This document shows, one piece after another, positions 47,403 to 58,550 of a stretch of 64,000 nucleotides of DNA (position 1 is its first letter; each line of letters begins with the position of its first letter). Position numbers and translations under genes: made by a program. This DNA comes from a virus. Where the stretch lies: positions 32,001 through 96,000 of IMG/VR virus record IMGVR_UViG_3300005096_000058. One strand, given 5' to 3'. The notes under the pieces were generated by a model. It did not search any database, was not told the DNA's origin, and worked only from the letters and a program-made list of their open reading frames with translations.

Positions 47403-48016
47403 GAGAGGGGCACCTTCTTGGCGTTGTAAAGCTTGGTTGCGATAGCCTCTAGACCCAGAGGGACGCCCCAAAACCTTTGCGAGGCGTGCTTAAAGTCGTC
47501 ACCGTCTGCTAGCTCCTGCATCTCGTGTGTGGCTTCGTGGTCGTATTCGATCTGCGTGAGGGTGAGTTCTGGACGCACGACCAGGTGGATCTCGTCCCCG
47601 TCGTGCCAGCCCGCAACATAGAGCGGTGTGCCTTCAGCGGTGGTACGCCCCCAAGGATCGCGGATGTGCTGGGCAGCGCGCCCATCTGATTCGGCCTCAA
47701 CGCCAGGGTCGTAGGCGTACCAAACCACGCGGAGGTTGTTGCACTTCTGGATGGCGTCTTTGCGGTTGAGCCCCACCTCAACGGCGGCTTCAACCAAGCA
47801 CTCGTTCATGAGAGCGATGTCCTCGACCGTGGCCTCAAATGGGGGCTTCCTTTCCAGACGCGTATCCCAGCCGGGCACCTTGACCGGGAAGCGCGCTTCA
47901 TACGCGTTGCGCTGCAAGCGGGGAAAGAGCACGAGGGTGAATAGCGTAAAGGCTGCTGCGAAACCGACGATCGCCGTGGCCATCACGGCGAGGAGAATCA
48001 ATTCAAATGTGCTCAT
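47399..48016 (-). CDS. Membrane-anchored protein with HExxH motif
   Basis: N-terminal hydrophobic helix; HEATHE. Confidence 0.55.
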   Translation of the reverse strand: MSTFELILLAVMATAIVGFAAAFTLFTLVLFPRLQRNAYEARFPVKVPGWDTRLERKPPFEATVEDIALMNECLVEAAVEVGLNRKDAIQKCNNLRVVWYAYDPGVEAESDGRAAQHIRDPWGRTTAEGTPLYVAGWHDGDEIHLVVRPELTLTQIEYDHEATHEMQELADGDDFKHASQRFWGVPLGLEAIATKLYNAKKVPLS

Positions 48017-48552
48017 TCCCTAGGCTCCTTGTCTGGATGATTCCACCATTTTGGCAGCGTCATCCTCAGAGGTGAGATCGTACGGGGTAGCCACGGTTTG
48101 CTCCAGAGGCCAGCAAACACCCCCCGCATTGGCCACCACACATTCTGATCGAAAGAGGCACCGACGAGGTGGCTATGGCCGAAGAGGCCGATGATGCAGC
48201 GGTGACCCACGACGGCGCAGCCAAACCAAGCGAGAGCGTTGACGAGCGCGAGCCCCCTGACCCCGTTCATCGTTGAGCACGCGCGCAACCAAAGGCGATC
48301 GACGTTGGACCAGCGCGGATCTTTCTGAGGTAGATGCTCTTCTCCCACCGTCGCTGTGCCGGGATAACCGTGTCCCCAAAACTGTAGATCAACGTCGCTG
48401 CGGTCTGCGCAAGCGTCAAGGATGTCACCCCATGACCGGGCCTTCACGACGACGTCAAACTTCCAGAAGAAAACCAGGGCGCCCAATCTCCAGAACGTCG
48501 CGACATTCCAAACGGGTGTGGGCGTGGCGTCATAGGCAAGGATCCGAGTCAT
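48013..48552 (-). CDS. Hypothetical protein, possible His-Cys peptidase fold
   Basis: FWGHG...LRACS. Confidence 0.5.
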   Translation of the reverse strand: MTRILAYDATPTPVWNVATFWRLGALVFFWKFDVVVKARSWGDILDACADRSDVDLQFWGHGYPGTATVGEEHLPQKDPRWSNVDRLWLRACSTMNGVRGLALVNALAWFGCAVVGHRCIIGLFGHSHLVGASFDQNVWWPMRGVFAGLWSKPWLPRTISPLRMTLPKWWNHPDKEPRE

Positions 48553-48646
48553 CTGGACTTCCTTTGATGAAACGTTGCCGGCAGCTCAAACTCCTGCCAG
48601 CGGCCATCCAGCTGCCATGTTCAGCGAAAGTTCCTACCACGGTGCG

Positions 48647-50857
48647 CTACCGTGGGTGCTCGGAGTCGTCGCCTTCAGCCCTGCGCACTCCGCTTTCCTG
48701 AGCGTCCTCAGGCGCGCGATGCGTGGGGGTGATGTCTGCTTGTACCCCTAAGGCCCCGAGCATGGTTAGGAGTCTTTGAAGAGATCCACGCTTGCGGGGA
48801 TCTCGGGGCTTTGCCCTGGCCTCTGTGAGGCGTCTGTGGGCCTCATCACGGGCGGCCTGTTTTGCGCGCTGCTTGGCCAACCTCTTCCGCACCGAGGCGT
48901 TGGGTTTCGGGGCTTTGCGTTTCAAGGTGGTCTCCTGCGCAAAGTCAGCTTCAATCGCAGCCCAGTCAGACGCGATAGCCTCCGCATCGCTTTTGGTGGG
49001 CTGAGGCGCGGGTGGGCCAAACGCAAGCGCATGCGTGAGGCCATAGGCGAAACCCTGAGTCATGCGGCGGTGGCGAGCTTTGCGCGAACGTGATCAGGCA
49101 GCTGCGTAATCGGTTGGCGAGCATCAAAGCCGGTTTGCGAGGCGATGTCGTGGAGCAGGAAGGCGAGGTTCCCCTCGTCGCGCTCCGCAATATCCTTGTG
49201 GGCCTTGCATGCCTCAGCCTCTTGCTGGGCGGAAGTGCAACGTGACTGCGCGTCGGCGAGCTCGTCTTCCAGACGGCGGATTTGGGCTTGGTGTTGGGTC
49301 ATGGGTTTCCTCCGTGGTTGGGTGTCCAGACGAGTATATCGGCTCGGTCAACATCCTGCGCGCTGTGCGAGACATATCAGCCAAATCAAACATCGCCGTT
49401 CTGACTGCGTGAGAGACGGGAGCCACTTCCAAGAACGCTTCCAGACGTTCAGCTTGTTCCACCACGTAGCCCAGCACGCTGTCCAGCTGCTTCAGGCGCA
49501 CCTCGGGATCCTCAGGAAAATGCTGAGGGCCGTCCTCTATTTTTGACTCGTAGCCCATGCAGATCGTGCAGTCCGCATCGAAACAAAACAGCGCGTGATT
49601 GAGAATTCGATAGAGGGATTTCTCCCTCTTGGTTAGCTGCGTTGGTGTCCTGCCTTTGACCACGTGTGCACGGTAGGCCGTTCCCAGACGGACGTCCAGA
49701 CCAACTTATTCAGGGGGCGGGGGCTCCCCATCTGCTCCTGGCCGGTCCAGAAAGTCAAACGTCTTATCGCTGAGCACCCCGTTCTCCCCTTCTGTGGGGA
49801 TGTGGGGTTTCCCCGCAGAATGTGAGGGTGTTTCCTGCGGGGGTTCGTCGAACTCCTCCAGACGTTTTTCCAGATGGGTGCCTACGTCCTCGATCAAGAG
49901 GAGCGTGCGCTCGATCGCGTGCTTGGTCCCGCGCGCTCCGCGGACAAAGAGTTCAGCGCCCACCTTGCCTCCGAGGGTGAGGCCGTCGAACAGCTTGTCA
50001 ATGAGCGGGTGGTCTTCAGGATCGGTCATAAGCCTCCCGGCTGGACGCGGGCCAGGTCTGCCTTGTGGGTCGCGTCTCGATTATGGGCAGCCACCAGGCC
50101 ATCGAGTTCAAGGATGAGCGTCCCCACCTTCAGGCGAGCCACATGCTCCTCGGACCTGCTCTGCTCCAATTGGATCAGAGCCCTGTCAGCATCCCTCCGT
50201 GCCAGAGCGGCATGTTCTTCCAGACGACCTATGGTGGCCCAGAGAATGCGGACCATGTCCTTGTCTTTCGTGCCTGCGGGAAAGACCCGATCGAGTCTGC
50301 AATCGTCTGATAATGCGGTCATGGTTTCACCCCTGGAGCGACATGAAAGTCGCATTCGCCAACGCAATCCTCGCCCCAATCGTCTGGATTTTCTGGACAA
50401 CTTACGTGGTGGCCCGCCTCGCAGCCCAGGGCACAACCCTCATCACACGGCGCGAGGTCTCCGATAAGGCAAGCGCATTGGCCGGGGTCGACCAAGCCGT
50501 CGTACCCGTCCGTGATCAAGCGCTGCCGGACAATATCTAAAACTATTAACGACGTCACGACCCCACCTCGGCATCGCCAATTCTCCCAGTGACAACGAGA
50601 ATTATGTGCTCCTCTTGCCCGGGCGGGCCGCCCTTTGTTGTGAGGTAACGCATGAGCAAGTCCTCCCTGGCTTTACTAACCTTTTCCAATTCCTCTTTGA
50701 ATTCTGTACCTGGGTGGTTTGAGATATGCATACGCTTAATTCTACACGCAACTTCAGCAGCCCTTTCAAGCTCGGCTTTATATTCCTCGACGGTGAAGAT
50801 CTTGGCTTTGAGACAAAGCTTCAGCAGCGTTAGGTCGCCTACACTTTCGATATTCAT
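48647..50857 (-). other. Run of small coupled hypothetical ORFs (48647-49063, 49060-49302, 49706-50029, 50026-50322, 50319-50558, 50555-50857)
   Basis: Start/stop overlaps typical of phage early operons; no recognisable domains. Confidence 0.55.
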
Positions 50858-52278
50858 GATTTCTCCTCGTCGCCTACGCCCTTTGCGCCGTGCATCTTGT
50901 CGGTGCCGGGTTTAGGCGTCGACTCGTCGGGTGTATTATGGCCTGGCACTGGACATTCGCTGTCCCCGATTTCTTGATGGCATTGGCATTTTGGCTCGCC
51001 GGTCAACTCGACCATCGTCGGATTGATGAGCGCGTTCGTTGAGGCCCCGTCGTCGTCGTCGGCCGGTTTGCGCATGTGCTTGACGGCAGCACCGACGATT
51101 GCGCGCATTTCGGGCGTGTCAGGCAACGGGCTGAATGTTTTGACGTCGGACAGGTCGGCGTCGTCGGTCTTTTTGGCGTAGGGGTTTGCCATTGGTGAGT
51201 CAGGAGCTACCCCATCAATCTCCGCGTGATGCTGATGGGCCCAGTCGGTCCCGCCTGCCCTGTAGGCTTCATCCCAGACCTGCGCATCCCGCGCCCGCAG
51301 CGCTTCGGTGGGGGTAATCTTGAGGGAAGTCCTCAACACGTCTTCGATGTGCGCGGAGACGCGCACCTCTCCTGCGTCAATCGCGCGAAGCAGTTCGACG
51401 AGCACAACCAAAAGCGGAGCATATTGTGCTTGCGTCGCGAGGTGTAGATGATTCTCGGTAGCCAGCTTCGCCAACAAGGCTTCGCAGTTTTGGCAGGGGA
51501 CCTCCTCTTGCTCAGGCACCGCGAGGTCAAAGGCTGATTCGGCAGCGTCGTCAATTGGCGACAATAGATCTTGCGTCCCCCACCGAGGCGTCCCGCCATC
51601 CGCTTTGGCGCTGTGCATACCGCCGTGTCCTTCCGGTAAGGCACAGTGGAGGTCGTTCAGGGTGGAGGTGCAGGGCTCGAATTCGGGGGGTCCAAGTGCT
51701 TCCGTTGTGGGCTCCGTTGTGGCGTCACAGGCGGAATCAAGCACCTTACGCGCGTCACGCATCCGCCCGCTATAAAAGCTATCGCCGGTGACTCTGGGTC
51801 GATTTTCGTAGTCTTTTATCGTTTGCTCCCAAGCATTAAACGCTCCCACCACCGTCGCCAGCTTCGCAGCCAGAGCAGCATTATCGCGCAATGCGCCGCT
51901 ATAGAGATCCTCGGCGAAGTGCTTCTCGTTGAGGTGTGTAAGCGCCGATTTTTTATGGGCGTCTGTGGCATCACGGAGGTTTTGGATCTCCACCAAAGCC
52001 TTGTCGCGCTCATGTCTGCAAGCGTCGTACTTTGCTTGTAAGCTACCAAGCGTTAGCTTTTGATTGAGCTTCTTTCTTTCGAGTAAAGTGGCGGCGCGTG
52101 AAGCAACGCCAAGTGCCTCGCCCATCCTGACTGATGTGTCGCTCGCCTGTTTGGCTGACAGCGCTACCAGCGCCATCTCGACTTCCAGACACGTGATCTT
52201 GTCCAGGGCCTTGTCCCTCTGGTTCTTGATCACGCGGATTGTCTCGCGGTTAACAGCCGCCATAGCGCCCTTACTCAT
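50854..52278 (-). CDS. Coiled-coil protein with small Cys/His motifs
   Basis: 474 aa; heptad-rich N-terminus; C...HCALPEGH..MH and CQC...C..H motifs. Confidence 0.6.
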   Translation of the reverse strand: MSKGAMAAVNRETIRVIKNQRDKALDKITCLEVEMALVALSAKQASDTSVRMGEALGVASRAATLLERKKLNQKLTLGSLQAKYDACRHERDKALVEIQNLRDATDAHKKSALTHLNEKHFAEDLYSGALRDNAALAAKLATVVGAFNAWEQTIKDYENRPRVTGDSFYSGRMRDARKVLDSACDATTEPTTEALGPPEFEPCTSTLNDLHCALPEGHGGMHSAKADGGTPRWGTQDLLSPIDDAAESAFDLAVPEQEEVPCQNCEALLAKLATENHLHLATQAQYAPLLVVLVELLRAIDAGEVRVSAHIEDVLRTSLKITPTEALRARDAQVWDEAYRAGGTDWAHQHHAEIDGVAPDSPMANPYAKKTDDADLSDVKTFSPLPDTPEMRAIVGAAVKHMRKPADDDDGASTNALINPTMVELTGEPKCQCHQEIGDSECPVPGHNTPDESTPKPGTDKMHGAKGVGDEEKS

Positions 52279-52619
52279 GGTGTAGCTCGTGCGATGCCTA
52301 GCAAGAACTCAAAAACCGGAATGGGGCCGCCGCGAGGGCAAACACTCGCGGTCACCTCGCCCCCCTCCCTAACAGGTAGCTGCGCTGGCTGGACCATCGT
52401 AAATGTGCCTTCGTCGTCGGTAATCGTGTACCGCTGGTTGGCCGCGTACAATTGGTCGTTCGCCCCTAACGTAGTGAGCACTACCCAGGTACCACTGCCG
52501 TCATCAGGTGCTTCCGCAACATCAGAGCAAACCACCTCGTAGGTCTCCCAAACGATGGGCGTGTCTGGAACTCCGCAGGCCGCGGTGGTCAGGGCTAAGG
52601 CCAGAATGAGTTTGCGCAT
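52275..52619 (-). CDS. Putative lipoprotein
   Basis: MRKLILALALTTAA-C lipobox-like signal; GGAGG RBS. Confidence 0.65.
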   Translation of the reverse strand: MRKLILALALTTAACGVPDTPIVWETYEVVCSDVAEAPDDGSGTWVVLTTLGANDQLYAANQRYTITDDEGTFTMVQPAQLPVREGGEVTASVCPRGGPIPVFEFLLGIARATP

Positions 52620-52637
52620 GAGGAGCCTCCAGACAAG

Positions 52638-52666
52638 AGCGTAAGCAGCGGGCATATAGCTGTCAA
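52638..52666 (-). promoter_or_regulatory. Sigma70-type promoter of the same family, without the operator
   Basis: TTGACA-GCTATATGCCCGCTGCT-TACGCT. Confidence 0.75.
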
Positions 52667-52669
52667 GCC

Positions 52670-54111
52670 TCATTCGGCGAAAGTGATGATCCCACCACGC
52701 TTGGCTGCACCCTCAAACTCAGGCTCAGCCTCTGTGCCGGTGACGATCGGACCCCCGCGGATGAGGTTGTTGCGTTTGTCTGGATCAAGGGCCACGGCGG
52801 TGACCGGGGTGACCTCTGCGCATTCCTCTTTGCTGAGCACACGGTTGAGGTGTTGGGGTCCAACGTTGATGTGGCTGACGTTCATGCCGAAGCATTCCCC
52901 ATCTGGACGGATGCCTAGATCTCGCACACGATCCTCCGCTTGACGCACGTTGCCCGCTTGCACGATGACCACGCCGCGGAACACGTCGTCATCCATGAAG
53001 CTGAGCCACCAAGTTTGTGCCCCGGTGACGTAACCCGTGGACGGTTTGTCGCTGCCGATGTCAAGTGTTTTTGTCATCTTCGATCTCGATGTCCGGTTGT
53101 AGTTCGAGCAGCTCTTCCAGACGCCGCACTAACTTTGTTTGAGAACGTCCAGCGCCAGAGCGGCGCCATCGACCGCCATTTATTCGCACCCACAACGATG
53201 ACGAAGCAGGCCATTGCCCTTTGGCTCCCGGTGGGCCGCCGTGCGAACTCGACTCAATTTCAATCGTCGTCTTCACGTGCCACTTCGCCCTGCATGAAGC
53301 CCCACAACTGGTCGACAAGGGCCTCGATCTTGGCTGGTGCTGGATGCCCCTGTGGGAACACCGCTGATCTCAGCATAGCGATCCCCTCGATGACAGCGCT
53401 GTGTGGCCTATCGCTCCGCCCCATTGCGGCCACGTCCTCCAGACGGCTGAGCGGGGTGCCGTGCTCGTCGATGTCGCTGTAGCTAGCGAAGTTGATGCCC
53501 TTGACCAACTTGTCAAAGCACGACGGGCAGAAGTCCCACTCCCATTCGCCAAACGCTTGGAAAAGCTTCGGGTTCTCAGGGTCATCGCGATTGATGGCTG
53601 AGAGCCCGCTGCGCTTGGTCACCGTCGTCGTGTAAAACTCTACTTCGCGCCGGACCCCTTCTTCATGGGCTCGGCTCCACCCTTGTCCATGGCGCGTGTG
53701 GTGCCCGCCGTCGCGGTCCTCCTTGCCGCACTTGTCGCAACGGAGGCCGATCGTCGGGCGTTGTGGATGCTCAAGGTTGACCAGTTTTGCCATTCAAACC
53801 ACCTGCCTAAACACGTGGGCAACGAGGCCGCGATGATCGTCAACGGCTGAGCCCACGTGTTCGAAGCCATTGCCCACAAACTCAAAGCCGGTGCCCACGA
53901 TGCCGAAGGTTTCCGTCTCCAAGTGTTCGTGCGTGTCGGTACGCACGAGGCACCAAACACAAAGCTTCCCTCGTTGCACACCGACGTGCAGCGTATGATG
54001 CAGACTCATTTGAAGCTCGACCACGTGGATCGGCCCAATGTGTGCAATCTCGCAGAGCTCATATTTCCAGACAGCAAGTTTGCTGTCTGGCTCACCATTG
54101 GCGTTCTTCAT
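52670..54111 (-). other. Small hypothetical ORFs (52670-53077, 53260-53793 with two CxxC, 53794-54111)
   Basis: Tightly packed minus-strand ORFs. Confidence 0.55.
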
Positions 54112-54386
54112 GATTCCATGCTCCGTTCTTCGTATTGCCCAAGGAACGTGCGCACCTTCTGGACGTCGTCAGTCTCGGTGGTGCTCTTGCGCCCGAGCCT
54201 GAACAGGTATTTCCAGACGTTGCCCAAGTAGAAGTCCTTCTTGGCCGCAGCGTCGATGAGGTCAAAGCATTCGACGGTGACCAACTGCCGGTTGCCGTTG
54301 GCCAACGTCGCCATCACCACCACCTTGTAGTAGTTGGGGCGAAGTTCTTCAGACTTGGCCACGCAGCTTCCTTTCCAGCACACCAA
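54108..54386 (-). CDS. DUF3310-like protein
   Basis: PNYY...ECFDLI...FYLGNVWKYLFRLGRK...DVQK signature. Confidence 0.7.
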   Translation of the reverse strand: MVCWKGSCVAKSEELRPNYYKVVVMATLANGNRQLVTVECFDLIDAAAKKDFYLGNVWKYLFRLGRKSTTETDDVQKVRTFLGQYEERSMES

Positions 54387-54640
54387 CCTCGCTGAGCTTG
54401 GATTTGAGTTGATCCTCCAGCTCTTGCACGCGCTCCATCTGGACGCGCATTTGCGGAGGGATCGGAACGTCTGCGGCGTTGGGTAGCAGGCCGGACGCGG
54501 TCAGGAGCTCGTAGACGTCAAGCTTCTGAAGCTTGTCGGCTGCGCGGTCGTCGCCTTGTTGGTGGAGTGCTTTGGCTTGCACGTCCTGCACACGCTCAAC
54601 GAGGTTGCGGAGTTCTCCGAGAATAGAGGCGGCGAGGCGT

Positions 54641-55273
54641 TCATTCAGTTTTTGAGACATGGACAGTGATCTCCTTGGTGCTGGGTTCCAGACGGCGTAG
54701 CGCGACATCAGGAACACGTGAAGGGGGTAGCGGTGTTGCTGTCATCACAATGGGGGCGAACACCCGATCATGACGCTTGAGGAGTTCAGAGCGGGCCTCT
54801 GCGACCGTCTTGAAAAACACCCGACCGCAGAGCATGCGCTGCCACAATTGCCACTGAGCTTCTACTCCGGTCTCAACAAGCACCACGGGGAGGCAATCGC
54901 CTAGGAGCTTGAGCAAGCCCTCGTTCGGGTCGCGGCTCCAGATCTCAAAGCGGCCTGAGATCTTAGGTCGTGCTCCGGTTGGATACGGCAGCGCGAGCTT
55001 TTGTTCACGGCGGGCGGTTGCGTCTGGAAAGCGGAAGCCCAGCTCCAGCTTGCCGTGTTTCTTGAGCACGTAGCGCAGATGGCTGGTGGTCTGCATGTCT
55101 GGAGGTCGTGGTCGCAGATAAATGTCTTGGCCGCCAACGTAATGGCCTTCGTAGTCTTGTTTGGCCACCGTCTGTGCGGCGGCGCCATAGATGTTGTCAG
55201 CCTCGACGGCTTGGCGCCTGGATTGCCACTTGCCTTGTGTGGTGACGACGATGTCTTCGGAGACTTTGATCAT
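54641..55273 (-). CDS. Hypothetical protein
   Basis: 210-aa coupled ORF. Confidence 0.55.
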   Translation of the reverse strand: MIKVSEDIVVTTQGKWQSRRQAVEADNIYGAAAQTVAKQDYEGHYVGGQDIYLRPRPPDMQTTSHLRYVLKKHGKLELGFRFPDATARREQKLALPYPTGARPKISGRFEIWSRDPNEGLLKLLGDCLPVVLVETGVEAQWQLWQRMLCGRVFFKTVAEARSELLKRHDRVFAPIVMTATPLPPSRVPDVALRRLEPSTKEITVHVSKTE

Positions 55274-55545
55274 GGGCGCTTCTCCATCCGTTCCGCTACG
55301 GCTGTTTTATACGCGACGTAATCGGTGGGGTCTTCGCCCTTGCTGACCATGACAGCCGCAACTGCGCGGCTCACTGCGCGCGTCCATGGTGCCCAAGTAG
55401 CGTTGACGCAGTCCTCCCGGATCTTCACCGTCCTGTAAACCCCCAACTGCACATCTGGTGGTACGAGGGACCAACACCCACGGCACATGAGGTGCGCCGG
55501 TGGGCACGCGTTCGAGCAGCCTGGTTGGTGGCAAGTGTGTTTCAC
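55270..55545 (-). CDS. Small zinc-binding protein
   Basis: HTCHQPGC...LMCRGCW. Confidence 0.6.
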   Translation of the reverse strand: MKHTCHQPGCSNACPPAHLMCRGCWSLVPPDVQLGVYRTVKIREDCVNATWAPWTRAVSRAVAAVMVSKGEDPTDYVAYKTAVAERMEKRP

Positions 55546-56030
55546 GACAACGTCTCCTTATCAACAACGAGCACTGCTTTTGGTAGCTTGTCGGACAGCA
55601 CCTTGAGTTTGCGTTTCATCGCTTGGTTTTCCCGCACGATCTTGCCATTGAAATGCCGGCAGCCCTCGTAGGGGCACGACGTGTTGCCGTAGGGAAATTC
55701 AGCGCACATCTTCGGCCTGTCCTCGTAGTCCAGACAGTTGCGTGTCTCGCCGTCAAAGTATTTGCAGGTGAAGAAGTTTGCGCGTCCGCTGCCTAGGCGA
55801 TCGGGACGCACGGGGTTGTCGACACGCTTGCCAAGGGGAATGACCATGTCCGCAATCTTCTGGAGGTCGCGCCAGCGCTCGTGAGCATCTGACCAAGCCT
55901 TGTCGGTGTGATAGTCGGCCCACTTGGGCTCTGCCTCCTCGCGAGCCATCTTCCGCAACGCCGTCATCGACATGGGCAGCGTGAAGGCGGCGCAACAATA
56001 ACCTTTGCACGCGTTCCGTTTAGTCGACAT
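55542..56030 (-). CDS. YkgJ/CxxCxxCC-like metal-binding protein
   Basis: CKGYCC...CKYFD...CLDYEDRPKMCAEFP. Confidence 0.75.
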   Translation of the reverse strand: MSTKRNACKGYCCAAFTLPMSMTALRKMAREEAEPKWADYHTDKAWSDAHERWRDLQKIADMVIPLGKRVDNPVRPDRLGSGRANFFTCKYFDGETRNCLDYEDRPKMCAEFPYGNTSCPYEGCRHFNGKIVRENQAMKRKLKVLSDKLPKAVLVVDKETLS

Positions 56031-57702
56031 TGAGAAACCTATCTGCCTGGGCAAGCCACTCGCGCACCTTCACCGTGCGCACGGGTTGGTTGGGGTGCTG
56101 GATACTGGCTCGACTTACGACAGCTTTCGAGTCGTGTTCTAAGAGAAACACAGCGTCATCAACAATGTCTCTGGCGTGCGCCTTCTTAGTCCTCAGATAG
56201 GTGACATATTCGCGCACAGCGTTCTCTTTGCAGCCGTCAGCCGCCTCCAGCGCAGCAAGCCAAGCATCGAAATGAAGGTCATCCATGGGTGTTTCTTTCC
56301 GCCCAACTCGACAAACTGAGCAGCGTCGTCTCAGTGCGGTCCATCTGTTGTCCGTGCGTAGAGATCAAGGCACGGAGCGCTTCCCCCTCGTCTCTGAAGG
56401 TCGGCGGGTATAAGACGGAGGGCACCACCCACCGCTTACCGCGGAGATAAGCGAGTTCCCCAGAGGGCAGGTGCAGGTGTACAACGGGAGAGCCGCTCCA
56501 CGTCGTGTAGGTTACGAATTCACCCATGACCAATCTGTTCCCCTAGATTTTGGATCATGTCGTCGGCCAATTTCACCTGCTTGGTCATGGCCTTGAGCAG
56601 GAACGGCCTCATCGGTTCCCACTCGTCTTTCGCCTCGTCGAAATCGCGTTCTTCGTTCTCACTGTGCCAGACGGTTGCTCCCAGAAACTCGACCCAAGAA
56701 ACCACACCATCGCTGGAGAAAGTTAGCAGCATGGCCGCTTCTTCGGGCTCGCCATAAGCTTCTCTAATGGCGTCATTGACGATGGCTACAGCCTGAAAGG
56801 CTTCCTTCGATTTCCCGTTGCAGTCGGCGAGGATGTTAGCGTGTAATTCGGCGGTGGTGATTCCTTCGGGCCTCCACCCGTCTTTTCTCGCACGAGCCAA
56901 GAGATCCCAGGGCGGACCGCTCCGTTGATGGTGCAGCACACCCTTAGCCACATCCCTCAACGCTATCCGCGCCGACGCACCGTCTTGGCTGATGACGAAG
57001 CACCCATCCGTTGGTAGCCACTCTTTGGCGGGGGCGCTGACATACCAATGGCCGTCGTTGGTTGTGAAATCTGCGGTCATCATGGCGTGAGGTTTCCTTT
57101 GGGGATTGGGTGGTTGGCGACGTCGCGTTTGGCGGCGGGTTTCCAGCGCGCCTTGATCACGCGGCGCGATATGACACGGCGGGGGATGATTTCCATTTGT
57201 GTGCGGCGGAGACCTGCACCGTTGCCCGCAAGCCATCCAGAGAAAAGGGCCAGGGTCGGCTCGGAACCGCCTCTGGTGCTATAATGGATCTCCCAAAACC
57301 AGTAGGCGGCGTCGCGCTCGACGCTGCGGAGAAGTTGGCCGCGCTCCCATATGGCGGCACCACTGACGTTCACTCGCACGGCGCGGGGGCCATTTTGCCA
57401 AGCGATGCACTCAACAGGGTTGCCCCAGATCTGGATCGGGGCGCGAACCATCAAGAATGTTTGGATCATGATTTGGCCTCGTCGCGGAAGAAGCCGTCAG
57501 CTTCTTCGGTCGCGGTGAGTTCGCACGTGACTTTGTAGAAGGTGCGTGGCCCAAGGGTGCGGACCAAGACGCGGGTTTCCCGGTCCGGCGCTCCTGCTTC
57601 TCTGACGGCTTTCTCCGCCGCTTGGGTGGGGGTTTCTGCGCCGACGTGGACGTGCCCTTGATGGCCCTTGCCGTAGTCGAGCACGCAAAGAAATTCAGTC
57701 AT
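56020..57702 (-). other. Small hypothetical ORFs (56020-56286, 56279-56533, 56520-57083, 57080-57469, 57466-57702)
   Basis: Coupled minus-strand ORFs without recognised domains. Confidence 0.55.
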
Positions 57703-57727
57703 TTTGGCTCTCCTTTAGCACTACCCA

Positions 57728-58204
57728 CTACAACACCTGAGGGTTGGGTTTTTCCAATGGCTGCTGAAACTTTTTGCGCCGTCTGGACATCTCGCGCAAA
57801 GCCCGCGGGGTGAGGCTCACGATCGCGCGGGGGCCCCTGTGGTTCTTAGTTCGGTGGATGGCTGCACGGTTTGCTTGCACCATGCTGCTGACCAGCTCAC
57901 TCACGGTTGTTTGCGTCATGCCCAGATGCTTGCGGATCTCCTGGTAGGACATGCGGCTGGTGCCGATCAGGAGCATGAGCACGAAATGCTGCAGCGGAAT
58001 GACATCCACGCGAATGATGGGGAGAGCTTCGTAGAGGCGGCGTGCGAGCTCGCGATCTGCCTTGCGGCCTCTATGTGTCGGAATGCCTCTTCGCGCCCTA
58101 GCGGCGTACACGGCCTGCACAGATACACCCAGCTGAAGGGCTAGCGTGCTGTCAGGCACCTGGCCTAGCAGCTGTTTGTTCCAGACAATGTGTTTCTTCG
58201 CCAC
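57728..58204 (-). CDS. Double HTH (MarR-like winged helix) regulator
   Basis: PDSTLALQLGVSVQAV and MSYQEIRKHLGMTQTTVSELV...VSLT. Confidence 0.7.
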   Translation of the reverse strand: MAKKHIVWNKQLLGQVPDSTLALQLGVSVQAVYAARARRGIPTHRGRKADRELARRLYEALPIIRVDVIPLQHFVLMLLIGTSRMSYQEIRKHLGMTQTTVSELVSSMVQANRAAIHRTKNHRGPRAIVSLTPRALREMSRRRKKFQQPLEKPNPQVL

Positions 58205-58550
58205 GGGCTCCCCTACGTGCAGCTTTGGTTTGGTGATTGACGATCAGTCTAACTCACCTACTCCACACAGTTTTTTCTATTTTTGAGGTTTTAGGCTGAT
58301 AGCACGCACCTGATTGGCTCGTTCAGCCCTCACCCGCACCGACTGCAACACCTCAGCGCGCTTAGCTGCGGCTGCGTTATCGAGGCTTACGGCCTTGTTG
58401 AGCTTCTGCCGTTCACTGGGTAGGAGGATGAGTGTTCGCTCGTCTGGACAGATGTAGCAGCTTGGTGGTGGGTTGTTTGGTGCCGGGGAGAGTCTCGACT
58501 GGCCGCCGCATTTTGGGCACATGAGGGATCTGGTTTCGATAGGTGGGGAC

